Assembly: GCA_038727095.1 (NCBI GenBank)
Contig: JAVYWK010000008.1
Span: 1 to 64,000 of the forward strand
Source: Thermofilaceae archaeon
Lineage (GTDB): Archaea; Thermoproteota; Thermoprotei; Thermofilales; Thermofilaceae
DNA: 64,000 nucleotides
Reading direction: 5' to 3'
The translations under genes were made by a program, and so were the position numbers. The notes under the pieces were generated by a model. The model saw only the letters and a program-made list of their open reading frames with translations. It ran no database searches and was not told the DNA's origin. Below are positions 54,780 to 64,000 of this stretch, piece by piece (positions within the stretch are counted from its first letter, which is position 1; every line of letters starts with the position of its first letter).

Positions 54780-57700
54780 CTACAGCGGCTCGACGCTCAA
54801 CGGACCCCCGCTCGTGTAGTACTCGATGGCCTCGAGCAGATGAACAGCCAGTCTGCGGTTAAGCACGAGCGGTACCATGTAGTCGGCTGCAGCCCTCCTG
54901 ACAGAGTAGTCCTTACCATCGCCGCCGCAAACGATGACAGCCTTTATCACCCCCCTCCTTACTAGCTCATTGACCCTTCCGTCCAGCGCAGCGGGCTCCA
55001 CTACCAGCGGCTTAAACCCCAGCCTTTCCAGCCTCTCCGCGAGGTCGACTCCATCCCCCACGATTAGGACTGTTGAGCCAGGCTCGGGGAGGGTGTTGGG
55101 CTGCGCAGCCAGCCAGGACTTCAGCAGCGCCTCCTGCAAGCTCGAGCCCACGGCTGCCACCTCCCCCGTTGACCGCATCTCAACGTCGAGCACTGGGTAA
55201 CCGCCCCTCAGCCTCGACCAGGAGAACTGCGGCGTCTTCACCCCCCAGCGGAACGCGGGGGGCTCGTACACCTCACCAGGGATATCGAGCACCCTCCCCA
55301 GGACCACGTCCGCGACGTAATCCATCAGGTTGACACCTTTCACCTTCGAGACGAAGGGCATCGTCCGCGAGGCCCGCAGGTTGCACTCGATCACGTAGAC
55401 GTCGCTGCCCTTAACGACGAACTGTATGTTGACCGGCCCTCGAGCTTTGAGGGCCCTGCAGATCTCGAGAGTGTACCTCCTCACCCTATCGAGGACGTCC
55501 TGGCTCAGCGAGAATGGCGGAATGACGAGGGTTGCATCACCCGAGTGTACGCCCGCCTCCTCGATGTGCTCGATCACTGCGCCGATCAAGACGCGCTTGC
55601 CGTCGGAGACGCAATCCACCTCAACCTCCCTCGCCCCCTCGATGAACTTGCTGACGACGAACTTGCCCACCCCACCCCTCCTCGCGACGTCGTTCAGGTA
55701 GCTCAAGAGCTCCCCCTCGCTCCGCACAACCCGCATGGCCGTGCCTGAGAGGACGAAGGAGGGCCTCACGATGACCGGGTAGCCGACTCGCCTGCAGAAG
55801 GAGATGACCTCTTCGGGGCTCCTCAGCTCAGCCCAAGGCGGCTGAGAGATGCCCAGCTCATCCAGCAGCCTGCTGAATTTCTGCCTGTCCTCCGCCCTCT
55901 CAACCGCCTCACCGCTGGGACCGAGAATTCTAACGCCGCACACCTCGAGGAGGGGAGCGAGGTTGTTGGCGATCTGCCCGCCCACGCACGCGATAACTCC
56001 CATCGGGTCCTCATACTCGTAGATGTCGAGCACCCTCTCGAGCGTGAGCTCCTCGAAGTAGAGCCTGTCCGGCACGTCCCAGTCCGTCGAGACAGTCTCG
56101 GGGTTGTAGTTCACGACGATGGTCTCCACGCCCCTCTTCTGAAGGGCCCAAACGAGCTGCACGACGCTCCAGTCGAACTCGACCGATACGCCGATGCGGA
56201 AGACCCCCGCGCCGATTACGACGACCGCTCTGCGGCCTGCGGGCTCCACGTCGTGCGCATCGCCACCGTACGTCACGTACAGGTACTTCGTCCTGGCCGG
56301 CCACTCGGCCGCGAGCGTATCGATCTGCTTCACAGCCGGTAGAATGCCGTGCCTCTTTCTGAACGCACGCACCCCCCTCTCATCAACCCCAAGACACGCG
56401 GCGATCTGAGCGTCTGAGAAGCCGAGCCTCTTCGCCTCCCTGATCAGCTCCACCGCCCTCTCGGTGTCGCTGAGGCCTCCGAGCCTGCACAGCTCTTTCT
56501 CCAGGTCGACGATCCTCTTCATCTTGTATATGTACCACGGATCGATACCGGTCAAGCGGGAAATCTCCTCCACCTGTAGACCAGCCTTGAGGGCTTCAGC
56601 GATGAGGAAGACCCTGTAGGGTTTCTGCTCAGCCAGCTCCCTCCTCAACTCCTCAGCGGGCCTCGGCTCCCGATCCCACGGGTTCGCGACGAGACCCCTC
56701 GCGCCGATGTCGAGCATCCTTAGAGCCTTCTGGAGGGCCTCCTCGAAGCACCTGCCGATCGCCATGACCTCACCGATGCTCCGCATCTCGGTCCCGATGC
56801 CCGGCTTCACCCCCGGGAACTTCTCGAAATCCCAGCGAGGCACCTTAACAACGACGTAGTCGAGCGCCGGCTCGAAGTGCGCCGTCGTTACCCCGGTCAC
56901 GCTGTTCATCAACTCGGGGAGCCTGTAGCCGAGAGCGAGCTTAGCAGCTATGTACGCCAGCGGGTACCCTGTGGCCTTACTAGCTAACGCGCTGCTCCTC
57001 GACATCCTCGGGTTGGTCTCGATAACGTAGAACTCCTCCGACCTGGGATCGAGCGCGAACTGGACGTTGCACTCCCCAACCACGCCGATCGCCCTGGCGA
57101 CCGCCAGTGAAGCATCCCTCAGCGCCTGGTACTCGCGGTTCGTTAGCGTCTGGGAAGGCGCGACAACGATCGAGTCGCCCGTGTGAACGCCCATCGGGTC
57201 GACGTTCTCGAGGCACGCCACAGCGACCGCGTTGTCGGCGGAGTCCCTCACCACCTCAAACTCGACCTCCTTCCACTTGTCCAGGTACTTCTCCACGAGC
57301 ACCTGCTTAACAGGCGACTGGGCGAAGGCCTTCGCGATCCCCTCGCTCAGCTGCTCCTTGCTCCAAGCCACGAAGGAGCCCGCCCCTCCGAGGTTGAACG
57401 CGACTCGAACCATCACCGGGTAGCCGACCTCTTCAGCCGCCTCGATAGCCTCGCTCGGCGAGTAAGCGGCCCTCGCGGGTGGGACGGGTATCCCATGCTC
57501 CACCATCGTCTTCCTGAAGAGGTTCCGATCCGAAGCCCTCACTATGCTTTCCACGGGTGTGCCCAGATCCTTCACGCCGTACCTGTCCAGAACCCCCCTC
57601 CTCGCCAGCTCAACCCCGCAGTTCAGCGCTGCTTGGCCGCCGAAACCGAGCAGTATGCCATCTGGCCTCTCCCTCTCGATCACCCTCTCGACGAAATCCG

Positions 57701-57902
57701 GCTGAACGGGCAGCAGGTAGACCTTGTCGGCCAACTCCTTCGACGTCTGTATCGTCGCAACGTTCGGGTTGACGACAACAACTTCGATCCCCTCCTCCTT
57801 CAAAGCCTTGATCGCTTGGGACCCGCTGTAGTCGAACTCCGCAGCCTCAGCGATCTTTATGGCCCCTGATCCCAGCAGCAGAACCTTCCTGACGCCGCCC
57901 AT
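54780..57902 (-). CDS. carB: carbamoyl-phosphate synthase large subunit
   Basis: LGSGAIKIAEAAEFDYSG, GVHTGDS, NPRMSRSSALASKATGYP, IDTLAAEWP and NLRASRT. Start placed at ATG 57902. Confidence 0.96.
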   Translation of the reverse strand: MGGVRKVLLLGSGAIKIAEAAEFDYSGSQAIKALKEEGIEVVVVNPNVATIQTSKELADKVYLLPVQPDFVERVIERERPDGILLGFGGQAALNCGVELARRGVLDRYGVKDLGTPVESIVRASDRNLFRKTMVEHGIPVPPARAAYSPSEAIEAAEEVGYPVMVRVAFNLGGAGSFVAWSKEQLSEGIAKAFAQSPVKQVLVEKYLDKWKEVEFEVVRDSADNAVAVACLENVDPMGVHTGDSIVVAPSQTLTNREYQALRDASLAVARAIGVVGECNVQFALDPRSEEFYVIETNPRMSRSSALASKATGYPLAYIAAKLALGYRLPELMNSVTGVTTAHFEPALDYVVVKVPRWDFEKFPGVKPGIGTEMRSIGEVMAIGRCFEEALQKALRMLDIGARGLVANPWDREPRPAEELRRELAEQKPYRVFLIAEALKAGLQVEEISRLTGIDPWYIYKMKRIVDLEKELCRLGGLSDTERAVELIREAKRLGFSDAQIAACLGVDERGVRAFRKRHGILPAVKQIDTLAAEWPARTKYLYVTYGGDAHDVEPAGRRAVVVIGAGVFRIGVSVEFDWSVVQLVWALQKRGVETIVVNYNPETVSTDWDVPDRLYFEELTLERVLDIYEYEDPMGVIACVGGQIANNLAPLLEVCGVRILGPSGEAVERAEDRQKFSRLLDELGISQPPWAELRSPEEVISFCRRVGYPVIVRPSFVLSGTAMRVVRSEGELLSYLNDVARRGGVGKFVVSKFIEGAREVEVDCVSDGKRVLIGAVIEHIEEAGVHSGDATLVIPPFSLSQDVLDRVRRYTLEICRALKARGPVNIQFVVKGSDVYVIECNLRASRTMPFVSKVKGVNLMDYVADVVLGRVLDIPGEVYEPPAFRWGVKTPQFSWSRLRGGYPVLDVEMRSTGEVAAVGSSLQEALLKSWLAAQPNTLPEPGSTVLIVGDGVDLAERLERLGFKPLVVEPAALDGRVNELVRRGVIKAVIVCGGDGKDYSVRRAAADYMVPLVLNRRLAVHLLEAIEYYTSGGPLSVEPL

Positions 57903-58039
57903 AGAAGAGCGGGAAGCAGCTGTGCGGTGTAAACCCGCGCTCGAGAGAGCGCTTTCCCTTAGGGCTCGAGGCAAGACCCTGACCCGGGCTGGCTCTGACA
58001 GCCTAGAAAAAGCTTTTGGTTATTTTAAGCGTGGAAAGC

Positions 58040-58864
58040 TCAGATTATGAAGCGCTCGAGGAACTTTCGCGCCAGGATCAAGCCCTCCTCGTAGCCGAAG
58101 TAGGGGTCCTCGTGCTCGATGCTGATCGCGTAGTCGTACTTGTGCTTCTTCAGGACGGAGAAGAAACCCGTCCAGTCGAGCTGGCCGAAGCCGGGGAGAC
58201 GGTGGGGGCACCACCCCCCTACAGTGACTCCGAGCTCTTTCACGCGCTCCCAGAGAACCATAGCGTCCTTCGCGTGCACGTGGAAGATCCTGCCGCCGAA
58301 CTCGTCTGCCGCCCTCACGGGGTCGATGAGCTGGCAGATCAAGTGGCTGGGGTCGAACTCGAGGCCCAGATTCGGCGATCCCAGCTCCTCGAAGACGGCT
58401 CGCCAGATGTCGGGCCGGTACATGATGTTGGCGGGGCAGTTCTCGATCGCCACTTTGACCCCACAGTCCTCAGCCTTCCTCAAGATCGGGGGCCAGGCCT
58501 TCTTGATCTCCTCTATGTTTCTATCCACGTCGCCCGGGTGCTTGCCCAGCCAGCCCGTAACCACGGATTTCTCCAGCTTGTAGCTCGCCTCGATGAGCTT
58601 CAGGAAGTGCTCGGAGTGAAGCTTCCGCGTCGAGGGGTCCGGGTCGATCGGGTTCCCGTAGAAGCCCAGCGCGCTGATCACAACTCCCGTCTCAGCCTCG
58701 AGCTCCCTGATCGCTCGGGGGTTCCTGATCACCTCATCGACGTCCAAGAACTTGGAGCCGGGCGGCGCGGCCACGCTGATCGAGTGAAAGCCGTGCTTCT
58801 TCGCCCACTCCAAGGTTTTCTTCAAGTCGCCCAACTGCCCACCTGTGAAGAAGCCCAGCAGCAT
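58040..58864 (-). CDS. sugar phosphate isomerase/epimerase (xylose-isomerase-like TIM barrel)
   Basis: AIENCP, FDPSHL, HVHAKD, RLPGFG and SIEHED motifs. Confidence 0.88.
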   Translation of the reverse strand: MLLGFFTGGQLGDLKKTLEWAKKHGFHSISVAAPPGSKFLDVDEVIRNPRAIRELEAETGVVISALGFYGNPIDPDPSTRKLHSEHFLKLIEASYKLEKSVVTGWLGKHPGDVDRNIEEIKKAWPPILRKAEDCGVKVAIENCPANIMYRPDIWRAVFEELGSPNLGLEFDPSHLICQLIDPVRAADEFGGRIFHVHAKDAMVLWERVKELGVTVGGWCPHRLPGFGQLDWTGFFSVLKKHKYDYAISIEHEDPYFGYEEGLILARKFLERFII

Positions 58865-58949
58865 GTCCCTCCGCTCTGTGCGGGGGGTTAACGGTAAAAA
58901 TGGTTTGTGGAGACCATAAATCTTCTAAGCCTTCAGGGGAAGGGTTTGC

Positions 58950-59399
58950 GTGGCTAAAGTCGTTGTTGGTTCGGATGACGTGTACCCCCTGGCTAGGTTC
59001 GTAGTGGAGCTTTTGAAAGCACGCGGCTTCGAAGTGGTGACGGTTGGCGCGCTAAGGGAGGGGAAGCTCGTCCCGTGGCCCGACGTTGGTTTCGAAGTGG
59101 GGGAGGCGGTGGCGAGGGGCGAGGCGGCTTTCGGCGTTGTCGTATGCTACACCGGCACGGGGGTTTCGATTGCTGCTAACAAGGTGAAAGGCGTTAGAGC
59201 GGCCCTCTGCTTCGACGCTCAGACTGCGAGGGGCGCGAGGCTGTGGAACGACGCCAACGTCCTAGCGCTGAGCGCCCGTTTAACAAGTGAGGAGGTTGCA
59301 AAAGAAATCTTGGAGGCGTGGTTGTCGGTGGAGAAGCCCGACCCCAGCGAGATCGAAAACATCAGGAGGCTGAGGGAGTACGACGAAAAGCGAGGCTAG
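58950..59399 (+). CDS. rpiB: RpiB/LacAB family sugar-phosphate isomerase
   Basis: GSDD, CYTGTGVSIAANKVKGVRAAL and WNDANVL motifs. Confidence 0.88.
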   Translation: MAKVVVGSDDVYPLARFVVELLKARGFEVVTVGALREGKLVPWPDVGFEVGEAVARGEAAFGVVVCYTGTGVSIAANKVKGVRAALCFDAQTARGARLWNDANVLALSARLTSEEVAKEILEAWLSVEKPDPSEIENIRRLREYDEKRG

Positions 59400-60721
59400 C
59401 CCCTCTCCAACGTCAGCAGCTGCACGGAGTAGGGCTCGATAGTGCAGATAGCTCCTCTGCACTCCTGATCCTCCAAATCCCTGCGCGCGTCAATAGCTTG
59501 AACCCTCGCGACCCTGTACCCCTCCGCCGCGACTTCGTACCTGACCTGGGCTGGGCCGTAGTTCACCACCAACAGGCGCAGCGACCCGTCCCGCTTTAAG
59601 CCCACCATCGCGTACAGCAGCCCCCTCTCAACAGTCACAGCAACCCTGACGCTGTCCTCCACGAGCTCCCTGTAGGCCAGCCAGACGTAGTAGGGCTTGC
59701 CTAGCCCCCCATCACTGTAGAAGAGCCCGCCCCACATCCAAGCGTCGCCGCGGTAGAGTGTGACGATGTCCACGGGCGCGTCCTCCATGAGGATAAGAGC
59801 TGCGGCCTGGAACGCTGCCGCTTGAGAGCTCCTGAAAATCTCCCAAGGCTCGCCCTCCTGATGAGCGAAGTTCCACTCGGTCAGGACGCTCGGGAGCGCG
59901 CCGTAGCCGTGCCTCTCCATCGCGCGTCGCACCGCTCTGGCCCTCTCCACGACCTCGGCTGGGTTCCTCGTGTAGATGTGCCACGAGACGAAGTCGATGG
60001 GGACACCCCTTGTGGAGGTGTAGGCGAGAAACCTGTCTACGAAGCCAACGTTCCAGGCTATACCCGGCCCGCCTACGACCACGTCCGGGTTCGCCTCCTT
60101 GATCGCCCTGGCGACCTTCTCGTAGAGCTCGAAGAACTCGGCTTCCGAAAGGTTCCAGAACCAATCTATGTCCGGCTCGTTCCATACTTCGAACCAGATG
60201 TTTTTGTAGTTGTAGCCATTGGCCCACCCCTCAGTGTAGTGAAGCACGATGTGTTTAGCGACCTCCGCGAGCTTATCAACGCTCAAGTGAGGTTTATTCT
60301 TTGGCGGATCGTTCCAATCATAGCCGATCCTGAGGATGAGGACGTCGGCCAGCTTGAGGGCCGCTTCCACGTGCCGGTCGAGGGCGGTGAAGTTGTAGCT
60401 ACTGGGGTCTCTGGGGTCCGCATCAGGGTTTGGGAAGATCGTGTCGAGCTCGTCGACCACCCAAAGGTCGTGAAACCTGATGACCTTCACGCCCAGCTTA
60501 GCGTAGTGGAAGCTCAAGTCGAGATTCAAAGCCCGATCCCAGCCCCGGGGGCTCCAAGGGCCGCAGTTAACCCCCCTCAGATCCTTGAACCGCCCCAGCA
60601 TCTGGCCCGGTTGCACTACCACTCTCTCGTTCGGCCTCTCGGAAAGCAGCTTGAAAGCACCAATAAGAGCAGCGACCCCGATCGCTACTCCGACCACCAC
60701 CCACCTGGGGGGTCTGGCCAT
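59396..60721 (-). CDS. membrane-anchored GH39-like glycoside hydrolase
   Basis: N-terminal TM helix; IRFHD, EVWNEPD (acid/base), DFVSWHIY and LTEWN (nucleophile). Start placed at ATG 60721. Confidence 0.82.
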   Translation of the reverse strand: MARPPRWVVVGVAIGVAALIGAFKLLSERPNERVVVQPGQMLGRFKDLRGVNCGPWSPRGWDRALNLDLSFHYAKLGVKVIRFHDLWVVDELDTIFPNPDADPRDPSSYNFTALDRHVEAALKLADVLILRIGYDWNDPPKNKPHLSVDKLAEVAKHIVLHYTEGWANGYNYKNIWFEVWNEPDIDWFWNLSEAEFFELYEKVARAIKEANPDVVVGGPGIAWNVGFVDRFLAYTSTRGVPIDFVSWHIYTRNPAEVVERARAVRRAMERHGYGALPSVLTEWNFAHQEGEPWEIFRSSQAAAFQAAALILMEDAPVDIVTLYRGDAWMWGGLFYSDGGLGKPYYVWLAYRELVEDSVRVAVTVERGLLYAMVGLKRDGSLRLLVVNYGPAQVRYEVAAEGYRVARVQAIDARRDLEDQECRGAICTIEPYSVQLLTLERG

Positions 60722-60762
60722 CGAATCCGGATGTAGCAAGCGATAAAAAGCAATGCGGTACG

Positions 60763-61554
60763 ATGCCTGCCATGCGAATCGTAGTGACGAACGACGACGG
60801 TTTGAGGAGCCCAGGGCTCCGGCTGCTGTACGAGGCCGTGAGAGAGCTGGGGGAGGCGATCATCGTAGCCCCCTTGGAGCAGGCCTCAGCGCGGGGTGGG
60901 ATGCTGACGCTCGACGAGCCGATCCGCGTTTACGAGGTGGACCTCGGTTACGCGAAGGCCTTCGGTATCACGGGATCGCCGAGGGACGTTTTACACGTGG
61001 CTCGAGAGGTGCTCGGGGGTGCCGACCTCCTCGTCTCGGGGGTTAACGTGGGTGAGAACACGAGCGTTCAGAACGTGCTCGTTTCGGGCACGGTGGGAGC
61101 CGCGTTCGAAGCCGCTCTCTTCGGTATCGCCGGCATCGCGTACTCTGCAGACGTTGATAAGCTTGAGGCCTTCCTCGACGCTCGTTACGCGGAGTTCGTA
61201 AAGACTGTCTGCGGCAAGATTGCGAGGTACGTTGTCGAGAGGGGGATGCCGAAGGGGGTGGACGTGCTCAACGTTAACTTGCCGCGAAGGCCCTCGGGGA
61301 TCGTCAAGGTGGCCCCTCCTGCTAGGCTGCGGTGGATCGAGAGACTTGACAAGCGCCTTGACCCGCGCGGCAAGCCCTACTACTGGCTGTACGGGGAGGC
61401 TGCGCAGCCGGAGCCGGGGACGGACTCCTACGTTGTGTTCGTTGAGGGCGGTATTTCCATCACACCTCTGGCCTTGAGCCTCCGCGGTGTTGATTCGTCG
61501 CTTCTCGACGAGCTGATCCAAGCTTTGCGAGTCGCGATAGAAAAAGGCCTATAA
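60763..61554 (+). CDS. surE: 5'/3'-nucleotidase SurE
   Basis: TNDDG, SGVNVGEN, SGTVGAA, LNVNLP, DPRGKPYYW and ISITPL motifs. Confidence 0.93.
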   Translation: MPAMRIVVTNDDGLRSPGLRLLYEAVRELGEAIIVAPLEQASARGGMLTLDEPIRVYEVDLGYAKAFGITGSPRDVLHVAREVLGGADLLVSGVNVGENTSVQNVLVSGTVGAAFEAALFGIAGIAYSADVDKLEAFLDARYAEFVKTVCGKIARYVVERGMPKGVDVLNVNLPRRPSGIVKVAPPARLRWIERLDKRLDPRGKPYYWLYGEAAQPEPGTDSYVVFVEGGISITPLALSLRGVDSSLLDELIQALRVAIEKGL

Positions 61555-61557
61555 CCC

Positions 61558-62442
61558 ATGCATTGCGATGCGCGCGTGGCTAACGGCGGCAAGCCCACCG
61601 CGGATCGAGTCCTCATAGCTTCAGTGGTGGGCAACGCCCTCGTGTGCTCCGTCAAGATCGCTGGCGGCTTGTTGTCCGGCAGCACCGCTTTGCTTGCTGA
61701 CGGCAGCGACTCGATTCTAAACGTCGTGAGCGGCGCTTTAGCCTACAAATATAGGAGGGAGGCGGAGAAGCCCCCGGACTTCGAGCACCCCTATGGTCAT
61801 TCGCTCTTGGAGGTTTACGGGTCGCTGCTGATAGTAGTCGTGATGGTCGCAACGTTCTCGTTTGTCGGCTTCATGGCACTTGACAGGATGATGCACGGTG
61901 AACTGGGGCGCGTGGACCCCGTCGGTGTGCTTTTCGCCGCTGCATCGCTCGTGCTCAACTTCACCGTCTCCACGCTGCTGAGGATATACGGGCGTGGGAG
62001 CGTTGTAGCTAGGGCTGAGTCGCGCCACGTGAGCTTCGACGTGTTCGAGGGCCTCCTGACCCTTACTGGGGTTGCGTTGGGCGCGTACGTTTCCGCCCTG
62101 TTCGACGTTGCGGCGACCTTCGCTCTACTGGCATTGGTGGCCTTCATGGTCTTCCTCACACTGCAGGAGCTGAAGGGCTTCATAACAGCTGAAAGCCCTC
62201 CGGCAAACCTTGTAAGTGAGATTGAGCGCGCGCTGGCCAGCGTGGAGGGGGTGAGGGGGGTGCATCGGCTGCGCGTGAGGCAGGCCGCGGACGCCATCTT
62301 CGCCGACGTTCACTTGGAGGTGAAACGTGGGATCACTGTTGAGGAGGCGCACCGGATAAGCGATGAGGCTGAGCGGAGGGTGAAGGAGAAGCTGGGGAAC
62401 GTCGATATCGTAGTCCACATCGAGCCGGAGGGGGAGGGTTAA
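61558..62442 (+). CDS. cation diffusion facilitator family transporter
   Basis: ALLADGSD, KPPDFEHPYGH, HVSFD and C-terminal EAH...VHIEP. Confidence 0.9.
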   Translation: MHCDARVANGGKPTADRVLIASVVGNALVCSVKIAGGLLSGSTALLADGSDSILNVVSGALAYKYRREAEKPPDFEHPYGHSLLEVYGSLLIVVVMVATFSFVGFMALDRMMHGELGRVDPVGVLFAAASLVLNFTVSTLLRIYGRGSVVARAESRHVSFDVFEGLLTLTGVALGAYVSALFDVAATFALLALVAFMVFLTLQELKGFITAESPPANLVSEIERALASVEGVRGVHRLRVRQAADAIFADVHLEVKRGITVEEAHRISDEAERRVKEKLGNVDIVVHIEPEGEG

Positions 62443-62480
62443 CGCGCGCGACGAAAAGTATAAGTTCAGCTTCTCAACGC

Positions 62481-62777
62481 GTGCACGTGGCTTCGCCGAG
62501 CATCCCGGACGACGTGAGGCAGTTCATCGAGCTGGCTCGTAAGCGCGGATACAACGTCAGCAAGGTCGCCATCGCGAAGGTCCCCTTCGAGCGGTACTAC
62601 TACTTTGAGAATGGCGAGTACGTCGGCGAGATCGGGGAGGAGGTTGCCCTCGAGTCCAACATCGTCATGGCTCACGACGACATCTGCATCCTCTTCTACA
62701 ACGATGAACCCGTGCTCGTGATGACGCGGGGAGGGAGGGGGAATCGGGAGAGCATAGGGGTGGCGAAACCGCAATAA
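62481..62777 (+). CDS. hypothetical protein
   Basis: 98-aa ORF with typical codon usage after an AAAAGTATAA promoter-like motif. Confidence 0.6.
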   Translation: MHVASPSIPDDVRQFIELARKRGYNVSKVAIAKVPFERYYYFENGEYVGEIGEEVALESNIVMAHDDICILFYNDEPVLVMTRGGRGNRESIGVAKPQ

Positions 62778-62799
62778 GAGGGGCGGGAGTGGTTGCGGA

Positions 62800-64000
62800 G
62801 TGCCCGACAGACTGATCGCTGTACTCGACGTCGGGAAGACGAATAAGAAGTTCACCGTTTACACAGAGCAGCTTCAACCTCTCTTCTCCACTTCCACGCG
62901 GATCGGGGAAATAAGCGTGGAGGGCATCCTCTGCGACGACGCTGAGGCAATCGTCAGGTGGGCTCGAGCGGCTCTCGCCGAGTGGGCGGGGAGGGTGTCC
63001 GCCATCGCTGTCACGACGCACGGGGCTACGCTGGCCCTCCTCGACGAGCGGGGAGAACTGGCGATGCCTGTCGTGTCCTACAACCATGAAGTGGGAGAGG
63101 AGGTCAAGTCGGAGTTCTACGCCCACTTCGGCAGCCCCGAGGAGCTCTACGCCCGAACTGGGACACCCCCGCTCGGCCAACTCCTGAACGCGGGCGTCCA
63201 GCTCTTCTGGATTTCAACGAGATTCCCCGACAGGTACCGCAGAGCTAGAAGGCTGCTCTTCCTGCCCCAGTACATCGTTCACGCCCTCTCCAATCTCGAA
63301 GCTGCCGAGCTCACATCGATCGGGTGCCACACGTACCTTTGGGACCTAGTGGACAGCAGGTGGAGCAGCGTAGCCGAAGGCTTGAACGCCCACAGCCTCT
63401 CACCGGGGATCAGGAGCGTGTGGGAGCCCCTTGGCCGGCTGAGGGGAGCAGTGGTGACTCCAGGCATCCATGACTCGAACGCCGCGCTTCTGCCGTACCT
63501 GGCTGTCGAACGGGAGGAGTTCGTGCTCGCCTCCACCGGCACGTGGTGCGTCCTGATGTACCCCGGCGCGCCCTTTGCCCCCGAGCCTGTCGACATGAGC
63601 CGGGATATCCTCTACTACGTTGACGCCTACGGGAGGCCGGTCAAGGCGGCCCGCTTCAAGATCGGGTTTGAGTTCGACTACTACGTTGAAGACATCAGGC
63701 GGCGCTTCGGAGTCGAGCCCCTCAAGATCGCGCTAGATGAGAGCCTGGCGGTGGAGGTTCTGAAGGAGGCGCGCGCGTTTTACGTTCCCACCCTGACCCC
63801 GGGTACAGGCCAGTTCCCGCGATCCAAGGGGCGCCTCGTCGGCGACCCGGGTGACGCTGTGCGGGCGTACTACTACCTCAACCTCTCCATCGCGGTTCAG
63901 ACTTGGTACGCGCTTAACCTGCTGACGGGCGGCAAGGGTGTTAGGGTCTACGTGCAGGGGGGTTTCGCGCGGAACGATGTCTACCTTTCCTACCTGTCAA
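62800..64000 (+). CDS. FGGY-family carbohydrate kinase (rhamnulokinase/RhaK-like), 3'-truncated (not in ORF track)
   Basis: Hand translation from GTG 62800: MPDRLIAVLDVGKTNKK...TTHGA...LFLPQY...TSIGCHTYLW...GIHDSNA...STGTW; no stop seen before the window end. Confidence 0.85.
   Translation, partial: MPDRLIAVLDVGKTNKKFTVYTEQLQPLFSTSTRIGEISVEGILCDDAEAIVRWARAALAEWAGRVSAIAVTTHGATLALLDERGELAMPVVSYNHEVGEEVKSEFYAHFGSPEELYARTGTPPLGQLLNAGVQLFWISTRFPDRYRRARRLLFLPQYIVHALSNLEAAELTSIGCHTYLWDLVDSRWSSVAEGLNAHSLSPGIRSVWEPLGRLRGAVVTPGIHDSNAALLPYLAVEREEFVLASTGTWCVLMYPGAPFAPEPVDMSRDILYYVDAYGRPVKAARFKIGFEFDYYVEDIRRRFGVEPLKIALDESLAVEVLKEARAFYVPTLTPGTGQFPRSKGRLVGDPGDAVRAYYYLNLSIAVQTWYALNLLTGGKGVRVYVQGGFARNDVYLSYLS

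Noticed and set aside
58016-58891. 291-aa + strand ORF
   Set aside because: Antisense shadow of the well-supported sugar epimerase gene.
58900-58917. ATGGT-N8-ACCAT inverted repeat between divergent sugar genes
   Set aside because: Only 5-bp arms, and I did not see a second copy at other sugar genes.
59822-60736. 304-aa + strand ORF and similar long antisense ORFs (21551-22255, 45232-45852, 53727-54488, 57183-57869)
   Set aside because: They lie opposite recognisable genes, lack motifs and are expected at high GC.
1-64000. CRISPR arrays, IS elements, rRNA genes and defence islands
   Set aside because: No spaced direct repeats, transposase, cas or rRNA sequence seen. The PLD-like, PD-(D/E)xK and DUF1998 helicase genes are dispersed among housekeeping genes rather than clustered as in DISARM.

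Overview
GC-rich, gene-dense chromosome segment from a hyperthermophilic crenarchaeon. The combination of RpoG, TFE-beta, SmAP3, GatDE, S30e, aRF1 and arcTGT with several sugar hydrolases fits Thermofilaceae; this is an inference from gene content. The core housekeeping block (about 19-38 kb) covers transcription, translation and RNA processing and ends at an intronless tRNA-Lys(CTT), followed by a partly AT-richer glycosyltransferase islet. Carbohydrate genes (GH78, GH127, GH39, RpiB, a TIM-barrel epimerase and an FGGY kinase), carBA, guaB and surE are also present. The most unusual content is an uncharacterised envelope system split over two loci. Locus 1 (6.4-15.1 kb) has a 1.5-kaa M28-peptidase-like/FtsX-permease fusion transcribed divergently from two OPT-like polytopic membrane proteins. 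Locus 2 (46.9-53.6 kb) is an operon of a coiled-coil protein, a surface protein with about 30 N-glycosylation sequons and a paralogous FtsX-type permease, all three carrying SHOCT-like motifs. No ABC ATPase is encoded in the window. Features missing from the ORF track include a box C/D sRNA (about 44.9 kb), a 57-aa Cys-rich protein, rps30e, a 44-aa coiled-coil peptide in an ArsR/bactofilin-like operon, and the 3'-truncated kinase. All family calls come from motif recognition by eye; no database searches were run.
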